Positions 56,759 to 63,847 of a stretch of DNA of 64,000 nt are shown in pieces. A program made the translations under genes and the position numbers. Each line of letters opens with the position of its first letter. The first letter of the stretch is position 1. Source of the DNA: a virus; IMG/VR virus record IMGVR_UViG_3300032267_001142, positions 64,001-128,000 of that record, one strand, 5' to 3'. Under the pieces are notes generated by a model that did no database searches, was not told the origin of the DNA, and worked only from the letters and a program-made list of their open reading frames with translations.

Positions 56759-57583
56759 ATGACAAGAGTAGTTAATAAGAAATTCACCAAAGACTTCGAC
56801 GTATTCATCGGTCGTCCGTCTTTGTTTGGCAATCCTGATGTAATCGGTATTCACGGAACCCGTGAGCAGGTAATCGCCGCTTACAAAGCCGCGTTTTACG
56901 AAAGGGTCGGCTCAGATTTGAAATTCAGAGAAGAGGTCAAAGCCTTAAAAGGCAAAACCCTTGGATGCTTTTGCAAAGACCCAAATAAGGAAGTACCGTG
57001 CCACGGCGATGTCTTCGTTGAGTTCTTGGAAGAGTGTCCAAAATTTCGAGTGGCGTGCGTGGGCAGTCGGGAGATTTCAGAAGAGAAGCGGCTTTTGCTT
57101 TCACGAGTTGGAAAGCATATCGCAGCGAGGAATTGGTGGCTGTCTTCTGGGAATGCGTTGGGAAGCGATATAGCTTATGCCTCTGGCGCGAATGAGGTAG
57201 ACCCTACCCGCGTTGTGCTTTATCTTCCTTGGCTAGCTTACAACGAGGAACATATAGTAAAAGGTAACTGGAAATCGGCGGTGATAAAGCCTGAATGGCT
57301 CGAAATAGCGAAAGAACACCACGGCAAATGGGACGCTTTAGGCCAAGGTGGTAAGAAAATGATGGGAAGAAACGTGGGAATTGTCTCTCGTGCCAATGTG
57401 GTCTTGGCAGTGCTGAATCACAACAAAGTCGGCTTTGGCGGAACCGGACAGGCGTGGAGGGTAAGCGAAAGTTTAGGATTGCCGTGTTTAGACCTTTCCT
57501 TGGATTACAAATACGAGTATATTGTTTCATTCCTAGAGGAACACTATGAGTCTACACGTCAGAAAAACATCCAGTTGTCCTAA
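56759..57583 (+). CDS. DUF4326 domain fused to a SLOG (DprA/YspA-like) domain
   Basis: VFIGRPSLFGNP, LKGKTLGCFCK...CHGDV; VGSREI, SGNALGSD, YLPW, GGTGQAWR. Confidence 0.8.
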   Translation: MTRVVNKKFTKDFDVFIGRPSLFGNPDVIGIHGTREQVIAAYKAAFYERVGSDLKFREEVKALKGKTLGCFCKDPNKEVPCHGDVFVEFLEECPKFRVACVGSREISEEKRLLLSRVGKHIAARNWWLSSGNALGSDIAYASGANEVDPTRVVLYLPWLAYNEEHIVKGNWKSAVIKPEWLEIAKEHHGKWDALGQGGKKMMGRNVGIVSRANVVLAVLNHNKVGFGGTGQAWRVSESLGLPCLDLSLDYKYEYIVSFLEEHYESTRQKNIQLS

Positions 57584-57767
57584 CTGCGGCGCTTCATCCG
57601 CGCCGAGCGATGCGCGGTGCGGGTATTGTGGTTCGTTTTTTATCGACTCGTATAACCGCCCAAAACAGCCACATCCAATTATGACCACGGGCTGTTACTC
57701 TAGGGCATATCCCGTTTTCACTGGAGAAATCTTTTGTTGTTCAGGTATAGCCCATCCATACGTTTAA
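57546..57767 (+). CDS. Zinc-ribbon protein
   Basis: CPNCG...CGYCG. Confidence 0.55.
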   Translation: MSLHVRKTSSCPNCGASSAPSDARCGYCGSFFIDSYNRPKQPHPIMTTGCYSRAYPVFTGEIFCCSGIAHPYV

Positions 57768-58888
57768 TGAAGAGGAGGCTTGTCATATTTTGCACAGGAG
57801 GAATGGGCGACATCATCATGGCATCTCCGATGATTCGTCAGCTCACCAAAACGTATTCCGTGACGCTTGTGGCTAAGCGCTGGCATCATCCCGCGATAAT
57901 GCTGCGCGATGTTAGCACTATCTATTACGAGGAAATTAAGGGGCAAAACGTAATAAGCAAAAACCCTCAAGGTAAGACCGACTTAAACATATCCGAGTCT
58001 TTTTTCGAGGCTACCGTCCGAGGCGACTTGTGGATAGTCCCGCTGTTAGACGGTGATGTAATAGCTGGAGGGCAAATAAAGAAAAGTTCATTCCCAGTCA
58101 GTATCGTGGACGGAAAGAATATGTGCCGCAGCGATTTGCTGCTTTTGAAATATACAGATTGGGACGGAGGTAGATACGAGTTTGAATGTTCCACGACAGA
58201 AGACACGGAAGGCTACCGAATTACGCCGAGTATCGCGCTGTGCTCGTCAGCGGAAAAATTAAGGACTCTGCCGGTCGGCGCTGTTCAAAAAATACTTTCT
58301 AGGTATTCACACATAAACGCCGCAGTAATAGGAGCGGAGAAAGATTATCCTAGATTGCCTATACAAGAGATATGTGCGAGCCGAGACATAAATCTTGATT
58401 ATCGCTGCGACTCCAGAAAAGACTACGCGTCGATTCAGTGGAAATTCAAGGCTGTCGCAGATTCGGATTTGGTAATAGCGACCGATTGTGGTTGGGCGTG
58501 GATTGCGATGGCGCTCAAAATACCTGTAGTGTGGCTGGAGAGTAGGGTCTCTTACGAGCGCTTAATACCTAAGCATTATTGGGATGCCGTAAAACTCTAC
58601 AAGTCCTACAAAATAAGCTGCGATAGGATGTGTCAGGCCGGAAGGGAAGAGATGCTCGCAAGAATATATGGCGACAGCGCCAATCGCCCGAGAGAGAATT
58701 GGCAGTTCTTTAATGGTGGTCCGAAAGAATTTTCACTCAGATTGCCTGACGCACAGTCTCACTTTGATTTGGCGTGTAGGCAAAAAGAAAACGTCCCCTG
58801 CCTAGATTATAGCGAGGCTGACGTTTCACAAATACTAAGCTTAGCAGAGGAATTGGCTCCCGCGCTGAAAGGATGCAGAATACGTTGA
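57767..58888 (+). CDS. GT9-like (GT-B) glycosyltransferase, both halves
   Basis: GGMGDIIMASP, VIGAEKD, DLVIATDCGWAWIAMALKIPVV; TAATG start at 57767. Confidence 0.75.
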   Translation: MKRRLVIFCTGGMGDIIMASPMIRQLTKTYSVTLVAKRWHHPAIMLRDVSTIYYEEIKGQNVISKNPQGKTDLNISESFFEATVRGDLWIVPLLDGDVIAGGQIKKSSFPVSIVDGKNMCRSDLLLLKYTDWDGGRYEFECSTTEDTEGYRITPSIALCSSAEKLRTLPVGAVQKILSRYSHINAAVIGAEKDYPRLPIQEICASRDINLDYRCDSRKDYASIQWKFKAVADSDLVIATDCGWAWIAMALKIPVVWLESRVSYERLIPKHYWDAVKLYKSYKISCDRMCQAGREEMLARIYGDSANRPRENWQFFNGGPKEFSLRLPDAQSHFDLACRQKENVPCLDYSEADVSQILSLAEELAPALKGCRIR

Positions 58889-58912
58889 CTCTACTGGCAT
58901 AAAGAGTAACAT
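58885..58912 (+). promoter_or_regulatory. Sigma70-like promoter
   Basis: TTGACT, 16 nt, TAACAT, 9 nt, ATG 58922. Confidence 0.6.
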
Positions 58913-58921
58913 ACAGAGAAT

Positions 58922-59212
58922 ATGGATAAGACCCAACACCTATTGACAATTCTCATGGAAGAATGCGCGGAAGTCTCGCAGCGGGCTAGTAAAGCGCTCC
59001 GCTTTGGTCTAAAAGAGCAGCAGAGCGAGCTTCACCCGCCAAACGATGAGAGGCTCACTTACGAGTTTGCCGACCTATTGGCCGTGTATCGCTGTTTGGT
59101 GGATTTGGGACTACTGAAGACGCCATCACCAGAAGATTTGGAAAAGAAGAGGATGAAGCTGGAGGAGTATACAAAGTATTCTCAATCGCTAGGAATCGTT
59201 GACCCTGATTAA
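58922..59212 (+). CDS. MazG-like protein
   Basis: LMEECAEVSQRASKALRFG, YEFADL. Confidence 0.75.
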   Translation: MDKTQHLLTILMEECAEVSQRASKALRFGLKEQQSELHPPNDERLTYEFADLLAVYRCLVDLGLLKTPSPEDLEKKRMKLEEYTKYSQSLGIVDPD

Positions 59213-59214
59213 AA

Positions 59215-59463
59215 ATGCGCCCAGCCAAAACTCATGAATTAAAAATCCTTCCGAAATACTTCGTAGCGGTAATCTCAGGCGCGAAAACGTTTGAGATTCG
59301 CGAGAAGAGGGATAGAGACTTTCAAGTAGGCGACATTCTTTGGCTAAGGCAGTATTTGCCGTACCCAGAGAACAGATTCACGGGTCTTGGCGTGTACAAG
59401 CGTGTCTCTTATATTTCCGAGTTCTTTGAAAAAGAGGGGTTCGTAGTGATGTCGATAGTATGA
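59215..59463 (+). CDS. ASCH/DUF3850-like protein
   Basis: HELKILPKYF...GAKTFEIR...DRDFQVGDIL. Confidence 0.8.
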   Translation: MRPAKTHELKILPKYFVAVISGAKTFEIREKRDRDFQVGDILWLRQYLPYPENRFTGLGVYKRVSYISEFFEKEGFVVMSIV

Positions 59464-59864
59464 ACAATATCAGATATCGAGTTTGGGACATCAAGAATAA
59501 ATCGTTCACAAACGATGATTCTATTTGCGTGTCGCCGCTAGGCAAGGTTTTCTCTATTCGTGATTATACGAGAGACGTATCGGACAGATTCATTATTCAG
59601 CGGTTTACTGGCGTCAAAGATAGCGTCGGCGTGGATATTTACGAAGGTGACATTGTTAAAACAGACCCGAAGCATATCACCGTCTCTTTGTGTGACGTTT
59701 CTGAATATACGCATGGGGAAGTCCGTTGGTTTAACTCCTCGTTCAAAGTCTGTCAAGAGTTTATAGGCGCGGCGTATCTTAACGATTATGTCACTTGTAA
59801 CTGCTGCGGCTGTGGCTTGACGATAATTGGAAACGTATTCAATACACCTTACCCTTGTGAATAA
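59460..59864 (+). CDS. YopX-family protein
   Basis: IRYRVWD, QRFTGVKD..GVDIYEGDIV, IIGNVF. Confidence 0.85.
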   Translation: MNNIRYRVWDIKNKSFTNDDSICVSPLGKVFSIRDYTRDVSDRFIIQRFTGVKDSVGVDIYEGDIVKTDPKHITVSLCDVSEYTHGEVRWFNSSFKVCQEFIGAAYLNDYVTCNCCGCGLTIIGNVFNTPYPCE

Positions 59865-59870
59865 CAAAAG

Positions 59871-60476
59871 ATGAGCGACAAATACAAGATTAACGAAGTC
59901 TATACTCTACGAGTTTTTTCTGAGCCGGAAGAAATGGAATACCTAGGAAAGATTCAAAACTCTAAAACTAACGGCGCGGACACTTCAATTGTTTTTGAAG
60001 TGTTTCGTCGCATGTCTTTCGGAAGATTAGATTTGATGGCGCTAGCCAGTAATAAGTTCATCGCTAGGTCATACGACGGGACTATAGAGGGATTGTTGGC
60101 GGAGATTAGGAAAGGATTGACATTCTTCGGAAGTGGTCACGACTCCATCACAGTCGGCGACAAGAAACTACAAATAGGAGAGTTCAAAGCTCAGGTCGCC
60201 GGTTTATTAACCGACGAGCAGATTGAAGAGAGTGTTTTACGAGGTCGTTACGACGCAATAAATAACGGACATGGTGAAGTGAAGTGGTGCCCATCTTGCG
60301 GAAGGGTATCGCAGACTAGCTGCGCTGCCTGTGGTTGCGGTAATTGTAAGACTTGCGGACATCGTTGGACGTGCCAAACACCATTTATGCAAGTTGTAAA
60401 TCTTCTCTCTCCTTTCTCCAAGTTTTTTATTGACAAATCTGAAAATCAGTGTAATATAACAGCGCCTAGGAATTAG
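59871..60476 (+). CDS. Hypothetical protein with C-terminal Zn-finger cluster
   Basis: CPSCG...CAACGCGNCKTC. Confidence 0.5.
   Translation: MSDKYKINEVYTLRVFSEPEEMEYLGKIQNSKTNGADTSIVFEVFRRMSFGRLDLMALASNKFIARSYDGTIEGLLAEIRKGLTFFGSGHDSITVGDKKLQIGEFKAQVAGLLTDEQIEESVLRGRYDAINNGHGEVKWCPSCGRVSQTSCAACGCGNCKTCGHRWTCQTPFMQVVNLLSPFSKFFIDKSENQCNITAPRN
60430..60457 (+). promoter_or_regulatory. Sigma70-like promoter
   Basis: TTGACA, 16 nt, TAATAT with an upstream T-tract. Confidence 0.65.
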
Positions 60477-60520
60477 CCTCGGCAGAACAAGTCCTCATTA
60501 GTGGGGCGAAAACAAAAAAA

Positions 60521-61252
60521 ATGTCAAATAAAGCAAACGCTTTGTCCGTTCTAGTAAACGGTCGTAACTGCAAGACCTATGGAAAAGATGGAAGGGTCTT
60601 CATTGAAGGCCGCAAAGGGTCCGAATACTCTATCAGGATTACCAATGACCGTATCCGCAGGGTTTTGGCCGTCATTACGGTAGACGGAATCAACGTCATC
60701 AGCGGCAATCTCGGCGGCGATGGTGATGAGGGTTACGTGATTGAGCCGTTCTCCAAGGCTGAGATTAAAGGGTTCCGCACTTCGGAAAGCGAAGTCCACC
60801 CGTTCCTGTTCAGCGACAAGGATAAAAGCTACGCCGCGAAAACCGATACCGAAGGTTCCAGTGACCGTAATTGTGGAGTTATTGCGGTTAAGCTATTTCA
60901 GGAATATCGTCCCGAACCGACTTACATGATGCGCAAGAAATCTCTGTCGCCAGACTGGGATTTATCAACAATGAGAGGCGCGCACGATGCACAGTATAGG
61001 TCTTGTCTGACCTCCTGCGCCTCGCTTAATGAGGTAGGCTCTTTTGATTTGGGCACCAAGTTTGCCGATGAGGCAATTACCGACACCGTTACCACAGTGT
61101 CCTTTACTAAGGGGTCGCTCATTGGAATTGATGAGATTTACTACGCGTCTTTCTCCGAGCTAGAGAAGATGGGCGTCATTGATAAGTCCCCGAAGGTAGC
61201 TTTCCCTCAAGCTTTCCCTGAAAGGAAATTCTGCAAGCCTCCGAAAAAGTAA
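60521..61252 (+). CDS. Hypothetical beta-rich protein
   Basis: 243-aa ORF downstream of a promoter; EYSIRITN...VITVDGINVI...GYVIEP...CGVIAVKLF. Confidence 0.6.
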   Translation: MSNKANALSVLVNGRNCKTYGKDGRVFIEGRKGSEYSIRITNDRIRRVLAVITVDGINVISGNLGGDGDEGYVIEPFSKAEIKGFRTSESEVHPFLFSDKDKSYAAKTDTEGSSDRNCGVIAVKLFQEYRPEPTYMMRKKSLSPDWDLSTMRGAHDAQYRSCLTSCASLNEVGSFDLGTKFADEAITDTVTTVSFTKGSLIGIDEIYYASFSELEKMGVIDKSPKVAFPQAFPERKFCKPPKK

Positions 61253-61259
61253 AAAGCTC

Positions 61260-61287
61260 TTGCAAAGGCGAAAAAGAGAGCTAGTAT
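61260..61287 (+). promoter_or_regulatory. Sigma70-like promoter, leaderless geometry
   Basis: TTGCAA, 16 nt, TAGTAT, 7 nt, ATG 61295. Confidence 0.6.
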
Positions 61288-61294
61288 AGGATAT

Positions 61295-61585
61295 ATGCAA
61301 ATTCCCACATCTGACGAACTCCAGCGCAATATCGTAACAGGAGCGCCTCGATATGATTCTCCTAGCCATAAGCAACAGGAGACAGCCGAGACAGCCGAGA
61401 CAGCCGAGACAGTCCTAGCCGTAGGCGCAGCTCTAGGTGGCTCGTTGTCTTACGGGTTCGATGGTCCGTGCGAGCCAGCTCTCCGTGCCGAACTAGAGGC
61501 TAAAGGATATGAAGTAGAGGATGAGTGGTATCCAGCCGATGAGCGCGGGCCTAAATCTTGTTACGTTTTTGTCAGCCCGAAGTAA
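61295..61585 (+). CDS. Hypothetical acidic protein with ETA repeat
   Basis: 96-aa ORF with its own promoter. Confidence 0.55.
   Translation: MQIPTSDELQRNIVTGAPRYDSPSHKQQETAETAETAETVLAVGAALGGSLSYGFDGPCEPALRAELEAKGYEVEDEWYPADERGPKSCYVFVSPK
61379..61414 (+). repeat. 9-bp tandem repeat (GAGACAGCC x3 + GAGACAGTC)
   Basis: Seen directly; encodes ETAETAETAETV. Confidence 0.9.
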
Positions 61586-61662
61586 TTCGGAAATCGTTCC
61601 CTCAAAAAAAAAACGAAAAAGTTCTGGACAATCCGAAGAAAGTAGTGTAAACATCATCAGTA

Positions 61663-61776
61663 ATGAAAGCAGTCACCTTTAGTATTAAACACGGTTCCGC
61701 CGATTTGGTGGGGTATAATCTCCCCACGAATCAGCGTCTACAGGCAACCTGTGCCTCAGAACCGAAAGAAACATAG
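61663..61776 (+). CDS. Possible leader peptide (37 aa)
   Basis: MKAVTFSIKHGSADLVGYNLPTNQRLQATCASEPKET; follows a TGGACA/TAAACAT promoter-like element. Confidence 0.3.
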   Translation: MKAVTFSIKHGSADLVGYNLPTNQRLQATCASEPKET

Positions 61777-61811
61777 AACTGCGAGCGATAAAAGAAAACA
61801 GGTCAGAAGAC

Positions 61812-61852
61812 AACCCGCCGCTCGCAGAAAACGAAGGCGGGTTTTCAATTTT
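61812..61852 (+). terminator. Possible intrinsic terminator / switchable hairpin
   Basis: AACCCGCC / GGCGGGTT stem followed by TTCAATTTT; the loop can alternatively pair upstream. Confidence 0.4.
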
Positions 61853-61976
61853 AGCAGAAAAGTTTAAGGGATAGCCAATGTCCCCGAAAAAATTGGTAAA
61901 CTCCGGTGAGGACGCGGCAGAAATTCCGGCTCTGTTTAACGACAGATGACTTAACTCGCGCATGTAAAAGACGATT

Positions 61977-62828
61977 ATGGAAAAAATCCATTATTCACGC
62001 AATGAATACCGACAGGACTACCTTGCTTCCGACGATTGGAAGCAGAAAAGCCGTTTAATTTTAGATAGAGACAAGGTTTGTCGAGTTTGCGAAAGAAAAG
62101 AGAGTTGCGACACTCATCATCTGACCTACGAAAGAGTAGGTTTCGAGAACCTAGAAACAGATTTGATAGGTGTGTGCCGCAATTGTCATAATCGTATTCA
62201 CCGCCACGAAGAGTTGGTGAAGATTTCTGATTTGTCAGTATTAAAGATGGAGTTTGAGCGCTCGAAGAAACCCTTTTTGGTGAAAGAAGGTGTCGTCAAT
62301 CAAATTCTAGATTGTAACGTCGCGACTCAAAGAGCTATCGCAGGTATCCTAAGAATCAGACCGGAAGACATTTGTTTTCAAAAAAACAGAAAATGGCACT
62401 ATTTCAGTGCGCAGAAAATCCTGTTCTTAATGAGAAACAATTTGCCTGACGGAAAGAGGCTCATGGACGTTAATAAGCACTCCGTAGCTAGTTTTAGAGA
62501 CTTCGATACTGAGGACTGGCTAAACTATAAAGAATCCTTATTGCGAAATCTCGGTGATAAAATCAAGAAGATGTCGCGGCGCGAAATTCTTAGGTTTTTT
62601 GCTAGAGAAAAAACGATTTGGGGACAAAAAAGACAAAACGACCTCAATAAAGAACGCCAAGTTTATCTCGACAAACGAGCTAAAACAAGGCAACTCAGAA
62701 AGAGTCAGGACGCGATTTTGAAGCGTCTAGCCCGAGAAGTCCTCACTCCAGAGTGCAGGAGTGAATTAGAGAAAGAACTAGGAATTTTGAACGCGGAAGC
62801 GAAAAGAAATTCTCCCACGGCGGGTTAG
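61977..62828 (+). CDS. HNH endonuclease
   Basis: CRVC...HHLTYER.G.E...DLIGVCRNCHNRIH. Confidence 0.85.
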   Translation: MEKIHYSRNEYRQDYLASDDWKQKSRLILDRDKVCRVCERKESCDTHHLTYERVGFENLETDLIGVCRNCHNRIHRHEELVKISDLSVLKMEFERSKKPFLVKEGVVNQILDCNVATQRAIAGILRIRPEDICFQKNRKWHYFSAQKILFLMRNNLPDGKRLMDVNKHSVASFRDFDTEDWLNYKESLLRNLGDKIKKMSRREILRFFAREKTIWGQKRQNDLNKERQVYLDKRAKTRQLRKSQDAILKRLAREVLTPECRSELEKELGILNAEAKRNSPTAG

Positions 62829-62834
62829 CCGAAT

Positions 62835-62908
62835 GCGCGCATCGTATATGAGTATTACTCCTGATTGCCATTCAGGGAAAGCGGTTGCAAGTCCCGCTGC
62901 GCGCTCCA
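62835..62908 (+). tRNA. trnG: tRNA-Gly(GCC), non-canonical D/T loops
   Basis: Acceptor GCGCGCA/TGCGCGC + T + CCA. Anticodon arm CCTGA-TTGCCAT-TCAGG. T-loop TGCAAGT; no GG in the D-loop. Confidence 0.85.
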
Positions 62909-62925
62909 AGTTTTTCAAAAACCTG

Positions 62926-62953
62926 TTGACCTTTTCAAAAAAGGCAGTAGAGT
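62926..62953 (+). promoter_or_regulatory. Sigma70-like promoter for the tRNA cluster
   Basis: TTGACC, 16 nt, TAGAGT with an upstream A/T tract. Confidence 0.6.
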
Positions 62954-63098
62954 GAGTGAAGTAAAGGGAAGCCGCCCTAAACGCAAACGGCGAAAACGAC
63001 CATAGAGAGTCTAGCATTAAAATCGGCCAGCTAGCGCCCCTGTCGGATAGCTTGTAAAAAGCTTAAAGATGTTTGTTATTTGCAGTGGTAGTTATTAT

Positions 63099-63176
63099 GC
63101 GGTATTCGCCTAGTTAGTTATGGCACCTGTCTTCCAAATAGGAATAACGTCGGAGCAAAGCCGACATACCGCACCA
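63099..63176 (+). tRNA. trnG: tRNA-Gly(TCC), non-canonical D/T loops, A73
   Basis: Acceptor GCGGTAT/ATACCGC + A + CCA. Anticodon arm CCTGT-CTTCCAA-ATAGG. T-arm GTCGG-AGCAAAG-CCGAC. Confidence 0.85.
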
Positions 63177-63185
63177 TTCTTTACT

Positions 63186-63279
63186 TCCAAAGTACACTAA
63201 CTGGAAAGTGGCGAAGCTGTTAACTTCGTGCATCCCACCCCTGCGTGGTATCTAGGTCCGAATCCTAGCTTTGGAGCCA
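63186..63279 (+). tRNA. trnN: tRNA-Asn(GTT) with a 23-nt variable arm
   Basis: Acceptor TCCAAAG/CTTTGGA + G + CCA. D-arm CAC-TAACTGGAAA-GTG. Anticodon arm CGAAG-CTGTTAA-CTTCG. T-arm CTAGG-TCCGAAT-CCTAG. 94 nt in total. Confidence 0.85.
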
Positions 63280-63280
63280 C

Positions 63281-63847
63281 TTAACATTTGGAAGTAATAA
63301 TACCAAGTTTTTTAGCTCTTTTGCGAATTCCTGTTGGGCTAATGTTTATTAATTCCGATATCGAATTCGGGCTGAGTTTTTGCACGACCATCATATCATA
63401 CAGGTCTATTGACGACCAATCAAACTTCTCCCGAAGTTTGCACGCACAAGACCTCGAACAAACTTTGTAACCTACTGGTTTATCTGCGCCGCAGATAGGG
63501 CACGAATTCATTTCTATCACTGTTTCCGGTCTATAGTTGACGAACGACTCATTAAACGCCCGAAAGGTTTCGGGAACATTTGCAACTCCGTTATGCACTT
63601 CTCGATGACAGTTGGAACATAACAAAATACACTTTTTTAGTTCGGCACAAATCTTGCTCCAAGCTTTAGGTGACGACATAGTTTTACCAAACGAAAACTC
63701 TTTAATAGATGGGTCTAAATGATGAAGTTCGAGCGCCGCGTTACATTTTTTGTAATTGCAGATTTGGCAGCATCCTCCCATAGATTCGATGATACGGATT
63801 TTGGTATTTTTGCGCCACATTTTGACATGATTAGAATTTTTGCTCAT
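63281..63847 (-). CDS. HNH homing-type endonuclease with Zn-finger and HTH
   Basis: CQIC...ELHHLDP...ELKKCILLCSNCHREVH; CPICG...CSRSC; C-terminal HTH. Confidence 0.88.
   Translation of the reverse strand: MSKNSNHVKMWRKNTKIRIIESMGGCCQICNYKKCNAALELHHLDPSIKEFSFGKTMSSPKAWSKICAELKKCILLCSNCHREVHNGVANVPETFRAFNESFVNYRPETVIEMNSCPICGADKPVGYKVCSRSCACKLREKFDWSSIDLYDMMVVQKLSPNSISELINISPTGIRKRAKKLGIITSKC

Noticed and set aside
61685-63017. Minus-strand ORFs 61685-61963 and 62778-63017
   Set aside because: Antisense to a structured region, a tRNA and promoters, with no recognisable motifs.
62955-63060. tmRNA call
   Set aside because: The resume-like sequence matches, but there are no tRNA-Ala-like 5'/3' ends and the frame (ANGENDHRESS...DSL) lacks an ALAA-type degron.
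61586-63098. Group I intron housing the HNH gene
   Set aside because: Fragments resemble R/S elements (TTAACGACAG; ATAGAGAGTC), but no consistent P7/P3 pairing or interrupted exon was found, and a complete tRNA plus a promoter lie between them.
699-63470. The many short nested or antisense ORFs in the ORF track
   Set aside because: They overlap longer ORFs that carry clear family motifs and lack start context; treated as spurious.
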